Of a stretch of 56,332 nucleotides of DNA, positions 45,399 through 53,985 are shown piece after piece. The translations under genes were made by a program, and so were the position numbers. The stretch comes from a virus. Lineage: Duplodnaviria; Caudoviricetes. The stretch's first letter is position 1, and every line of letters starts with the position of its first letter. The notes under the pieces were generated by a model. That model was not told where the DNA came from. It made no database searches and saw only the letters and a list, made by a program, of their open reading frames with translations. Location: positions 1 to 56,332 of the IMG/VR virus record IMGVR_UViG_3300029787_000057, one strand, 5' to 3'.

Positions 45399-45802
45399 TA
45401 GTACACCTTCCTAACTTGCATGATTATGTTGTACACATCACCGTCTGTATGGGCCACCGTGGTAAATAAAACATCACCTGTAGTCCCACTCGGCTTTGAG
45501 TCTGGTATACCTGTGAAATCAGAAAAATCCAAGGTATCTGACCAATCAGCATTTAACTGCCAAGCTAGTACATCTGTACCTGCATCAAAGAATATCTTCA
45601 CTCCCATCCCTATGGTTGAGTAATAGATCTTTTGAATCGTCACACCAGTACATGATGCACCAGTCATAGGATCTTTAGACAAAGCAGAAACATCAATCTT
45701 TGCAACGGCAGCTTCACCAGTGCCGTCACTTACATTTGTAAACCTAAAGATGGCGGTTGTTGCGCCATCCTGTATGGTTTGTGTAGTTACTGCATCAGCC
45801 AT
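45398..45802 (-). CDS. Virion structural protein (MADAVT.QTI type)
   Basis: FTN.SDGTGE..V.K.DVS, TGD..FTT. Confidence 0.7.
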   Translation of the reverse strand: MADAVTTQTIQDGATTAIFRFTNVSDGTGEAAVAKIDVSALSKDPMTGASCTGVTIQKIYYSTIGMGVKIFFDAGTDVLAWQLNADWSDTLDFSDFTGIPDSKPSGTTGDVLFTTVAHTDGDVYNIIMQVRKVY

Positions 45803-45813
45803 GATTCACTCCT

Positions 45814-46434
45814 TTAGGACGCTGCGTCAAACCCTGTAATTTCAATCAAGAAACGTCCAGCGGTATAAGTTGCATCGCCAGTGCCTTGGCTAACCAGATA
45901 CAAATATTGGTCTGCTACAATGTCTCCACCAGCAACCACCGTGCCAGCAGAAGCTGCGCCAGCATTGATAATTTGAGTTTCTGTCAAGTCACCGATTGCA
46001 GTGTCGTTAACGCCTGTGCCTTCCGTAGCGGAGAACAGATCAATGTCTGTGCTGCCCCCAGCGGGAGTCTCAACACAAGTCATCGTTACTCCGAATACTG
46101 TGCCTTGGTTAGCTGCTGTAACTCTACCAATAAACGCAACACCTGAACCGTCTTTACCGATAATGTCTCCAGCAGTACCACCATCCTTCAAACCTGTCAG
46201 GTCAATCATAATAGTTGACTTAACAATGTTTACGTTAGTGTCCACATCGCTTTTTAGGCGAGTTACCTGAGTGACATAAACAGCCGCAGTGCCTTCAATA
46301 CCAGCACTTCCAGTTGCTTCAGTTGCCCACTTGTCGCCAGACGTTACCGTTATGGCACCAGTGGTTGAGTTCTTAGAAATCTGTTGATAACCCTTTTCTG
46401 AACGAATCGGGCCTGTAAAAGTAGTATTAGCCAT
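45814..46434 (-). CDS. Virion structural/decoration protein (MANTTF.GP.RS type)
   Basis: T/G/A-rich; directly after the MCP. Confidence 0.7.
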   Translation of the reverse strand: MANTTFTGPIRSEKGYQQISKNSTTGAITVTSGDKWATEATGSAGIEGTAAVYVTQVTRLKSDVDTNVNIVKSTIMIDLTGLKDGGTAGDIIGKDGSGVAFIGRVTAANQGTVFGVTMTCVETPAGGSTDIDLFSATEGTGVNDTAIGDLTETQIINAGAASAGTVVAGGDIVADQYLYLVSQGTGDATYTAGRFLIEITGFDAAS

Positions 46435-46463
46435 TATTGTCTCCTGTCTTGGCTAGTGTCTAA

Positions 46464-46479
46464 TGTTCCATGTGGAACA
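46464..46479. promoter_or_regulatory. parS-like 16-bp palindrome TGTTCCATGTGGAACA
   Basis: Close match to the bacterial parS consensus TGTT(T/C)CACGTG(A/G)AACA; intergenic. Confidence 0.5.
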
Positions 46480-46489
46480 ATTAGTCAGG

Positions 46490-46527
46490 AAAAAAATAAG
46501 AGCCACTCCAGTTTCCTAGAGTGGCCC
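46490..46527 (-). terminator. Rho-independent terminator after the major capsid gene
   Basis: GGGCCACTCTAG-GAAA-CTGGAGTGGCTC followed by TTATTTTTT. Confidence 0.85.
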
Positions 46528-46539
46528 TCATAAATGGAA

Positions 46540-47448
46540 TTAGCTGGTTCCCGGTGAACCGTAAATTCCGAGTGGATCAGATACCCCAAACGAGTATCTT
46601 TCTCTCGCCTTGTAACGCACGTTACCAGTGTCAAAGTCACCGTCCATGCTGGTTTCCAAGGCAGTTCTTTCAAAATGCTTCATACCGTTAGGTACGTCCG
46701 TCATCAAGAAGAAAGCGTTGGTGTCAGTCAGGTAGTGATTGACCGCATAACCGCCGGGGATCGCTCCCATGTTGCGGATAGCGTTGATGTCGTTGTCAGC
46801 CGTAGAAACCCTTTGTGCAGTTTCTAAAAGTCTTTCTGCCGTAAACATCAAAGCCGGAGGAACGATCAGTGACGTAGGACGAGCAGCGATCAAAAGACCT
46901 CTCTCATCCGTGAAAGCAGCGATCTCAATGATCGCGTTTTCCAGTGACGTTTCGTTTAAATCCGCAGCCGTAGACGGCCGGTTTGCATTCGTGCCGCCAT
47001 TAACAAGCGGGTGAGATGCGTTAAACAGCGATACACCATCTCCAGATTGGAATGTGTTGAAACCATTGTTAAGAGGGTTTGCTGCTTTAACTTGCTTTGT
47101 GTAAGCCATCGCTCGTGCAAGAGCCTTGGTATAACGTGCAGACAGTGAGTCATACAAATTATCTTCCATCGCCTCTTCCGTGATCGAGAATCCCATAGCA
47201 ATCGTTTCGTGATTGTATCGGGCTGTGAAGCTTTCTTGTGCTGAATCATAAGAGATTGCAGAACCTTCTTGCTTAACAGGAGCTGCCCCAAAACCTGACA
47301 GCTTGACCTCTTCTTCAAAGCTACGATCTGAGCTTTCTGTCTCATAAATGAGAGTGTGCTCATCTTCGTATTTTTCGTACTCCAAACCAAAAAGAGCATT
47401 AAGCCCCGGCAGGAGTTCTTTAAGCATTTGCGCTCTAGAAATTGCCAT
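46540..47448 (-). CDS. Major capsid protein
   Basis: MAISRAQ..KEL.PGLNALFG.EY, EG....YD, ITEEA.EDNLY, DG..LF...HP, L.VPP.L, RERYSFG.SD..G..GSPG. Confidence 0.92.
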   Translation of the reverse strand: MAISRAQMLKELLPGLNALFGLEYEKYEDEHTLIYETESSDRSFEEEVKLSGFGAAPVKQEGSAISYDSAQESFTARYNHETIAMGFSITEEAMEDNLYDSLSARYTKALARAMAYTKQVKAANPLNNGFNTFQSGDGVSLFNASHPLVNGGTNANRPSTAADLNETSLENAIIEIAAFTDERGLLIAARPTSLIVPPALMFTAERLLETAQRVSTADNDINAIRNMGAIPGGYAVNHYLTDTNAFFLMTDVPNGMKHFERTALETSMDGDFDTGNVRYKARERYSFGVSDPLGIYGSPGTS

Positions 47449-47461
47449 TTCTTAATCCCCC

Positions 47462-48037
47462 TTATACGCCAGTGGTGTTTGTGTACTGATGACCCACGTT
47501 AAAGAAAACGAGAGCATCAGTGAACGCATCACCCACTGCACTATTTGGCCCGTCAACGAATTCAATGATTCGCATCGGAAGCGTGTTGGTCGTAGCTCCA
47601 GTATCTCCAAGAGAGTTTTTGCTACGTCCGATTGAAGTAGATCCAGCAGTTTGTACAACTGCAATGTTGTTACCTAGCTCTGTCTGAGACAAAACGCCAG
47701 ATGACTGCATTTGCATTACTACGTTTGGATCATCAACGACATAAGCCACGATGTCATCCGCAGCAGTGCTTGCTGGAAAGGTTTGGTTGAAAGTCAACTG
47801 ACTCGTAGAAGGGTCAGTGTAGGAACATCCTACAAATACACCAACAGGTGTAAGAGAAGTTGTGCCTGTGTCTTTTTCTACGGTGCCTGTGTTAACAAGC
47901 TTTAGAAAATCTCCGTAGAATATTGCAGTGCCGTAACCAGACGCTATTTTGATGTGACGAACTTTACCTGTGAAAGAGCCACTAGCACTTAGCGTATTAA
48001 CTGGTTCCGCACCCATAGGGGTTGCAACGGTAGCCAT
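47462..48037 (-). CDS. Capsid cement/minor capsid protein
   Basis: IASGY.T.IF.GD.., GVF.GC.YTDP, V.DDP; immediately upstream of the MCP. Confidence 0.7.
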   Translation of the reverse strand: MATVATPMGAEPVNTLSASGSFTGKVRHIKIASGYGTAIFYGDFLKLVNTGTVEKDTGTTSLTPVGVFVGCSYTDPSTSQLTFNQTFPASTAADDIVAYVVDDPNVVMQMQSSGVLSQTELGNNIAVVQTAGSTSIGRSKNSLGDTGATTNTLPMRIIEFVDGPNSAVGDAFTDALVFFNVGHQYTNTTGV

Positions 48038-48078
48038 ATTCGGCCTCCTTTAGTTAACGACTAACCCCTTGCCAGAGA

Positions 48079-48534
48079 TCAGTCCTTGCCAAATGAAGAT
48101 ACCCGTGAGCTTCTCTCTGGTTGTAAGAGAGGCATACGAGGATCATTTTCTCGCAGGAAGTTATTGTCTACTGATTGCATTTGCTGGGAAGCTAGTTGAT
48201 CAAAATGACGCTCTCTAGCCTTCATTTTATCTTCTGGTGCTTTACATAAAAGCAAACCACCTACCTCTATATTTCCCTCAAATTGAGTGCCAATGTCTGA
48301 CGTAAGCTGTAGTTCTGGATGATCCTCTGCTTTCACAGGTTGCCATCCTTCCCTAAACATCCTTGATACGTGGACATTATCAGATTCTCCTAGAACCTTA
48401 GTCTTTATCCACCTGAAAACCCAACCATCTTGTGGTTCTGGATCAGGCAATATAGACGCTGGAGTCCATGAGTCATCTGGTCTAGTAGACACTTCTCGCG
48501 TTTCGTTAGTTCTTGGTGTGCGCTCTTCAGTCAT
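48079..48534 (-). CDS. Conserved head-module protein
   Basis: W.P.S.LP.P, RWI, REGW.PV, GGLLLC. Confidence 0.7.
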   Translation of the reverse strand: MTEERTPRTNETREVSTRPDDSWTPASILPDPEPQDGWVFRWIKTKVLGESDNVHVSRMFREGWQPVKAEDHPELQLTSDIGTQFEGNIEVGGLLLCKAPEDKMKARERHFDQLASQQMQSVDNNFLRENDPRMPLLQPERSSRVSSFGKD

Positions 48535-49583
48535 GTTCTACCCTCCTTCAAGAGTTGTGCTGCATACTGTTCGTTGGTAAGTCCAAGTCGCTTGGCGAGG
48601 GCGCGTTGGCTGGGCGCGAGCTGTACTTTGCGCGGTTTGGCTCCGTTATTTCTAACTTGTGGTGCCACCACCGTCGAGGGTTGATTGACCGTCACAGGTG
48701 CGTTACGCCCATCTGTATCGCTTTTTCCCGGCCAATCATGTTCTGGAAATCTTTGTCTTAGCTCTGCATCAACAATGTTGTAGTAATCCTGAGAGTTTAC
48801 AATCACTCCAGATTCAGGCTTTTTCAGTTCCTCGTGTATACCAAGAGCCAAACTGGTCATCTTTTCGTATCCCGGTTGCATGAACCAAGGATTCTTTTCT
48901 GACCATGCTTTTGCTTCTGGCTGAATAACCCGTTGAGGCTGTTGAGGAACATATTGCTGTTGAGGCTGTTGTTGAGGCTGTTGTTGTGGTTGTTGAGTAA
49001 ATGACTCTTGTTGCCTTACAAGATTGTTTTCATACTTCTCAGCTTCCATAAACTCAGATTGCGCTCGGTTCAGAGTTTCTTGTGCTGACACAATCCCATC
49101 TGTGTTGCCTTCTTCATAAGCCCTCTTGTAAGAGGTCTTAGCGGCTTCTAACGCTAACTGAGCCTTTTGTTTGATCTGACCAACTAGAGCGGCCTCGCCT
49201 TTGTTAATAAGCGATTCATACTCTTTGTTTTGAGTCAGAACATTTTGAGCATACAGAACGGCCTCTTCACGCATCTTTTCGGCTTCTTCTCGCCTTCTGC
49301 GCTCTTCATGCTGCTCATACTTGAGTTTGTTGATTCGCTTTTGAACCTTATCGCTGTACCCTGAAAGCTCTTCGTCTTCATCCGACTCTTCGCTTTCTGG
49401 CTCAACTTTAGGGGGTCTGCGATCTTCTTCCGGGCGATCATCAACCAGCTCCACCTCAAACTCAGAAGATGATTCTGTTTCTTCCTGATCGTCCTGTTTT
49501 TTGCCTATGGTGTTTTTTACGCCAAAGAACTTATCTTCTGCTGACGTTTCTTCAAACCCCATGTCTTCTTGTGCTTCACTCAT
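48531..49583 (-). CDS. Putative scaffolding protein
   Basis: Acidic N-terminus, YS.KV.KRI..L coil, W...NPWF, C-terminal A.RLG....YA. Confidence 0.7.
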   Translation of the reverse strand: MSEAQEDMGFEETSAEDKFFGVKNTIGKKQDDQEETESSSEFEVELVDDRPEEDRRPPKVEPESEESDEDEELSGYSDKVQKRINKLKYEQHEERRRREEAEKMREEAVLYAQNVLTQNKEYESLINKGEAALVGQIKQKAQLALEAAKTSYKRAYEEGNTDGIVSAQETLNRAQSEFMEAEKYENNLVRQQESFTQQPQQQPQQQPQQQYVPQQPQRVIQPEAKAWSEKNPWFMQPGYEKMTSLALGIHEELKKPESGVIVNSQDYYNIVDAELRQRFPEHDWPGKSDTDGRNAPVTVNQPSTVVAPQVRNNGAKPRKVQLAPSQRALAKRLGLTNEQYAAQLLKEGRT

Positions 49584-49978
49584 ACCTTAACTATCCCCCT
49601 TGGATCTTCAACGACTGCTTCTACGCTATCGTCGTTTATTAAACGAAACTCTTTGCCATGAACCTTGAATCTGGTTCCTGAGTAAGATCTCATTAATATC
49701 CAGTCGCCTTCCTTGCATGACGGACCAGAAGGGAATCGCTGTGGATCTTTGTAGCAGTCTGGCCCTAATTCTAGAACCATACCTACAATAGAACCTACTT
49801 CTTCATTTTGCAGCGTTTCAGTGGCTTTTAGTATGCCGCCTTCGGTTTTCTTGTCAGGCTCTGGCAGCGCAATCAGGATTTTATATCCTCTAGGCTGGGG
49901 TAGCTGTTTAGCTTTGCGGGTGGCTTCATCCTCCTCGGAGGGAAGCTCTTCCTCGTTTTTTGCTAATGACTGACTCAT
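49580..49978 (-). CDS. groES: GroES-like co-chaperonin
   Basis: P.GY.ILI, T.GGI, G.V...G, GD....YSG......GKE...INDD.V.AVV; start MSQS with GGAG RBS. Confidence 0.9.
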   Translation of the reverse strand: MSQSLAKNEEELPSEEDEATRKAKQLPQPRGYKILIALPEPDKKTEGGILKATETLQNEEVGSIVGMVLELGPDCYKDPQRFPSGPSCKEGDWILMRSYSGTRFKVHGKEFRLINDDSVEAVVEDPRGIVKV

Positions 49979-50039
49979 TAGTTTCTCCTGCACTGGAAAT
50001 TCGCGTCCAGAGTCGCGTTGCACCGCCTTATGCGGAGAT

Positions 50040-50237
50040 TCAGTCCTCCTCCATCCTCTTTTGAAGATCTAGGAGTTCCCTTTCAGCTATAGCTAATCCT
50101 TCTATGATGCCACAACTTTTGGTGTATTCACTATATTCTTTGCAAGCACCGCCAGCAACATGATCGGTATACTCGTTCATCTGCTCTCTAATGGCTTTTC
50201 TCAGATACTCCAATAAGTTATCTGAGGCTCTACTCAC
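50040..50237 (-). CDS. Small conserved head-module protein
   Basis: G....Y..Y....G.I.GL pattern between portal and GroES. Confidence 0.7.
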   Translation of the reverse strand: MSRASDNLLEYLRKAIREQMNEYTDHVAGGACKEYSEYTKSCGIIEGLAIAERELLDLQKRMEED

Positions 50238-52704
50238 TCAATAAATCCTCTGCGATATCTTTACCGATCTTCAAACCCTCTATCTGTTCTTTTGAGGATA
50301 TCCTTCTGTTTTCGGTATCGGTACGAGCATTGTCTTCCGCTAGGCGAACTGCGATCTTGGCTTCCTCAGTTCTCTCCTGAAGATTTAGCTTTTCTCTTTC
50401 AAGCTGAGACTTATCAACAGCCTTCTGCATATCAAGATTAATCTTAGCCATTTCAGCTTGAGCTTTAGTTTGAGCTTCTAACTCTTTGATTTGTAACTCT
50501 CTTTGTTGCATCTGAATTACAGGATCTTGCATTTGTTGTTGCGCTATTTGCGCTTGTTGCATTTGTTGATTCTTTCCAAGCAACTGTTCTGCCGCTACAG
50601 CAACCAACTTAGATATCCTAAGTTCTATATCTTCTGGGAGTGGCTCTCCGGGTGGTGGCAACTGCACCCCAAGCTCCTTCTCTATCTCCATCCTGTACTT
50701 AAATGCCAAATGTTCCTGAACATGAGCAGCCATAGCAGCAAATGCCTTCTGAGCATTAGGACTTTTACTCATAAGCTCAATGATTGTTGGATCTTGAACA
50801 AATGAAGTGTGAACTTTTATGTGTGCATCGTGATCTTGGTAGATATATGCCCTAACAGGCTTGCTGTTTAAGATCTCCATGTTCTCTGACACTGGATCAG
50901 TCGGCGGTATCTCGTCTTCTAGCGGTACAATCCTGTCTGCATCCCGAATATTCAGTATTTCCAGCATTTGACGGTGCAATAACGGCATATCGTACATTTC
51001 AGGAGCTTGTGCAGCCAGTTGTAGGGCTGCTTGGTACTGCATTATGCGTTGAGCCATCGTTCCAGCGTTAGGATCACTTACCGGAATGACATCAACACGG
51101 CTATCAAAGTCCTGTTGAGTCAATTCTTGGCCTTCTTCTTCGTATGGATAAGCATCTGGCCCAAAATCCTTCACAATATTGGATAAAAGGCGTAATTCAG
51201 TCCTCATAGAAGCGTGTAATCGGGCTTGAACGGCACTCATCACCTTCATAGACCGCTCTAATATAGCTAAAGTGGTGCCAACAGGTGCTTCTGCGTTCAT
51301 ATCAGACACTTTTACGTCAGCAGCAGAGGCAAAACGCCTCCCTTCTTCCACAATATCGCCCATCAACTGATACAAAACGCTGCTAGGCTCTTTGTAAGGA
51401 AGAAAACTGATGTTATCTCTTATCGCTCCACCCGGAACGTCTACATCCCTGAACTCTCCGGGCATGATTGGGGTGTCATCACCCTTAATTCTTAGCCCTC
51501 TAGCCTTCAAACCACCCGGCAAGTTAGCCAAGGTGCCAGAATCAACCAGTTGTCGGAGTAATGAGGTAGCAGATTTAGCCAATCCACCGATCATATGTAT
51601 CAAACCGAAGCCATAAAACCCTAATCCGGGCATATACTGGTAATGAACATAGTGCTGACGCTTCATTTTTTGAGGATCATCCTCGTAATAGTTGCGTCTA
51701 ATCGCCAATATAGACCTAGATGACAACTCTATGCTGACTATATAGGGCAGTTGTATTCCTGTTTCTTCACCCCTAAAGGTATCTTCAAAACCCGGAAGAT
51801 CTAAATCCACCATTATCTCAAGAATCGTGTATCGGCTGTCTGTTTCATAGCTACTGCTATCGCCAGTCAGCTCATCATACTTATCCTTTATTCTATCTTC
51901 TGAACCAGCAGATGAAGCTGTGGATAAGTCTACGTCAAGATAGAAGCCTGACACCTGAAGCTTCCTAACATCATTAGGAGACTTCTTCATGATATGCGTG
52001 GCACGTTCACAGGTTTCCAGATCGGAAGCCCCGTAACTCACCACAAAGTCCTCTGCTGGCACAAACATACTGCAAGGCCGTCCCATGTTGGGATCGTAAT
52101 ACACCTTTCTAAACGCAGAACCAGCAAGGGGGAGAGAGAAAAGCATCCTTTCTGTCTCCGACCTGTATTCGGTCATTTTTTCTGTCAGTAAGTAATTCAG
52201 ATAATCCTGAACCCTGTTCGCTTGCTTTTGCTTTTCATCATCAATCTTACCCACAACCGAGGTTTTAACTGGGCCGGATGCAGGGAATATTTCTTGTATC
52301 GCTTGTGATTGGAATCGTATAACGGACTCTGTGAGTAGTGGATGGAATACACCACAAGCCCCATCCCAAGGCATAGACCTTTCTTCATGCTTCAAGCCCA
52401 GAAGATCCAAGCCCTCTATGTAAGATCGCTCCCAGTCTGATCTGCTTTCTTTGTCGGACTTAAAATACCCGATCAGCTCAGAAGATAGGATGTCGAGATC
52501 CCTATCCTCTATGTATTCTGCAAGGTTGGCATCATGAGGAATAATCCCCTCTAAGCCATCCTCATCAAACTCCATAAGAGTTTCACCGCCAGCCTCGACA
52601 GAGACTGACTCAGGATTCACGATCTCTATTTCTATCGCGCCCTCCATCTCGTCGCCCATAGGGGCAACAGGAACTGGAGTAGCGAGAGGACGATCTATAG
52701 CCAT
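50230..52704 (-). CDS. Portal protein
   Basis: 824 aa after TerL; D..SR.DW, PW.GA.GV.HP, GS.F.KVY, GFYG.GL, PGE.RDVD, C-terminal Q-rich barrel. Confidence 0.92.
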   Translation of the reverse strand: MAIDRPLATPVPVAPMGDEMEGAIEIEIVNPESVSVEAGGETLMEFDEDGLEGIIPHDANLAEYIEDRDLDILSSELIGYFKSDKESRSDWERSYIEGLDLLGLKHEERSMPWDGACGVFHPLLTESVIRFQSQAIQEIFPASGPVKTSVVGKIDDEKQKQANRVQDYLNYLLTEKMTEYRSETERMLFSLPLAGSAFRKVYYDPNMGRPCSMFVPAEDFVVSYGASDLETCERATHIMKKSPNDVRKLQVSGFYLDVDLSTASSAGSEDRIKDKYDELTGDSSSYETDSRYTILEIMVDLDLPGFEDTFRGEETGIQLPYIVSIELSSRSILAIRRNYYEDDPQKMKRQHYVHYQYMPGLGFYGFGLIHMIGGLAKSATSLLRQLVDSGTLANLPGGLKARGLRIKGDDTPIMPGEFRDVDVPGGAIRDNISFLPYKEPSSVLYQLMGDIVEEGRRFASAADVKVSDMNAEAPVGTTLAILERSMKVMSAVQARLHASMRTELRLLSNIVKDFGPDAYPYEEEGQELTQQDFDSRVDVIPVSDPNAGTMAQRIMQYQAALQLAAQAPEMYDMPLLHRQMLEILNIRDADRIVPLEDEIPPTDPVSENMEILNSKPVRAYIYQDHDAHIKVHTSFVQDPTIIELMSKSPNAQKAFAAMAAHVQEHLAFKYRMEIEKELGVQLPPPGEPLPEDIELRISKLVAVAAEQLLGKNQQMQQAQIAQQQMQDPVIQMQQRELQIKELEAQTKAQAEMAKINLDMQKAVDKSQLEREKLNLQERTEEAKIAVRLAEDNARTDTENRRISSKEQIEGLKIGKDIAEDLLSE

Positions 52705-53058
52705 TTAGCCATTCTTCCTGAATTTTTGTGGTCTAGCAGCACCAGAACCTCTAGCAGTTGTCACCTCACCGCCAGCAGACATATTCCTTGAAACTCTAGC
52801 TTTACCCCTGCCACCGCCAGTTTTACCTTCTGGGACTTTCATCATGTCTCCCATATTTAGCGGGTCTTTTACCACTCCAGAAAGATTCTTTAGGTATGGA
52901 TCTTCTTTGATGTAGCGAGGTAAATCCTTGACTAACTGCTTAGTATTTTTAGCATAACGCTTTGCTGCCTTTCCAGCCTCTTTGGGAATGCTGGCGTAAG
53001 CTTTACCAAGCTCTCTAACAACGCTGCGTTTTTTCTTTGTCTTTTTGCTTTCAGCCAT
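52705..53058 (-). CDS. Small basic protein (ARG.GAA)
   Basis: K-rich; MSAGG motif. Confidence 0.7.
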   Translation of the reverse strand: MAESKKTKKKRSVVRELGKAYASIPKEAGKAAKRYAKNTKQLVKDLPRYIKEDPYLKNLSGVVKDPLNMGDMMKVPEGKTGGGRGKARVSRNMSAGGEVTTARGSGAARPQKFRKNG

Positions 53059-53060
53059 TT

Positions 53061-53309
53061 TTAGCCTTTGCCGCCGCGCTTACCACCTTTGGTGGACATC
53101 TTAGTCATCATGGTCTTACCACCCTTGAAGTAGCCCTTGGTCTTTGGAACCATTCTGCCAGCTTTCATTTTACCCACATTATCAGCAGCAAAAAACGGAA
53201 CCATTTCCCCATCTTTCTCTACCATAGGCAGCTTGGTCTTCTTGCCACCAGCATAACCCATTTTGGTTTTCTTGCCGCCAGCCATACCCATTTTAGATTT
53301 CATCTTCAT
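53061..53309 (-). CDS. Small basic protein with repeated (M/Y)AGGKK
   Basis: MKMKSKMGMAGGKKTKMGYAGGKKTK...VPFFAAD.VGKM. Confidence 0.75.
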   Translation of the reverse strand: MKMKSKMGMAGGKKTKMGYAGGKKTKLPMVEKDGEMVPFFAADNVGKMKAGRMVPKTKGYFKGGKTMMTKMSTKGGKRGGKG

Positions 53310-53985
53310 GCCGATCTCCTGCATATAAGTTATCAAAGACCTGATTCACATCTAAGGTGTAATCCAGATCTGATTTACTGTAATGAATGTGTTGAGATGG
53401 CCTGAAGTCAGGCGCACCTTCTCCTGTTTCAAACCATGCTGGGTGGGTGACTCTTACCCGATTATTAGGTAGTGCCACGATATTGCCAGTCCATTGACCG
53501 GCATCCAGCAACTCCAGCACATGAGACTGCTTGTGTTGAGCAGGATCATCCGCTATTTCATTGTCAGTGTAGTCCACGGTAAAATAATATTTCGCCGGAT
53601 AGAACTCACCATCTATCTTTGCAAGCCAAGGTGTCGGCGTTGCCCGATCAAGAACATAAACACTGTGATCCCTAGAGCTACAATCCCAAGGCTGTGCAGC
53701 CCATGTAGGCATTGGTGTAGGCCACTCATCAAACGGTGTATCGCCCACTAGTCCAGTGATCGGCATTCTAGCCCACATTGCGCCACCATGAACATTCGGA
53801 TCATCGGTGTCGTAAGTCTCTGCGCCGGTAAAGATCACCTGAAAACTTAAACTACGACAAGGCATCGTTGTAACTGCGATTGCCATTGCATGAATAAACT
53901 CACCATGATATTTGGTGTGATTGTGCGTGTATTCTTTTCGCACCCAGCATTTGAAATACGGGATGTTACTTTGCAAATAGGCCAT
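53293..53985 (-). CDS. Conserved hypothetical phage protein (MAYLQSNIP type)
   Basis: 230 aa, coupled to terL; GGAMWARMPI, HKQSHV, ALPNNR. Confidence 0.8.
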   Translation of the reverse strand: MAYLQSNIPYFKCWVRKEYTHNHTKYHGEFIHAMAIAVTTMPCRSLSFQVIFTGAETYDTDDPNVHGGAMWARMPITGLVGDTPFDEWPTPMPTWAAQPWDCSSRDHSVYVLDRATPTPWLAKIDGEFYPAKYYFTVDYTDNEIADDPAQHKQSHVLELLDAGQWTGNIVALPNNRVRVTHPAWFETGEGAPDFRPSQHIHYSKSDLDYTLDVNQVFDNLYAGDRHEDEI

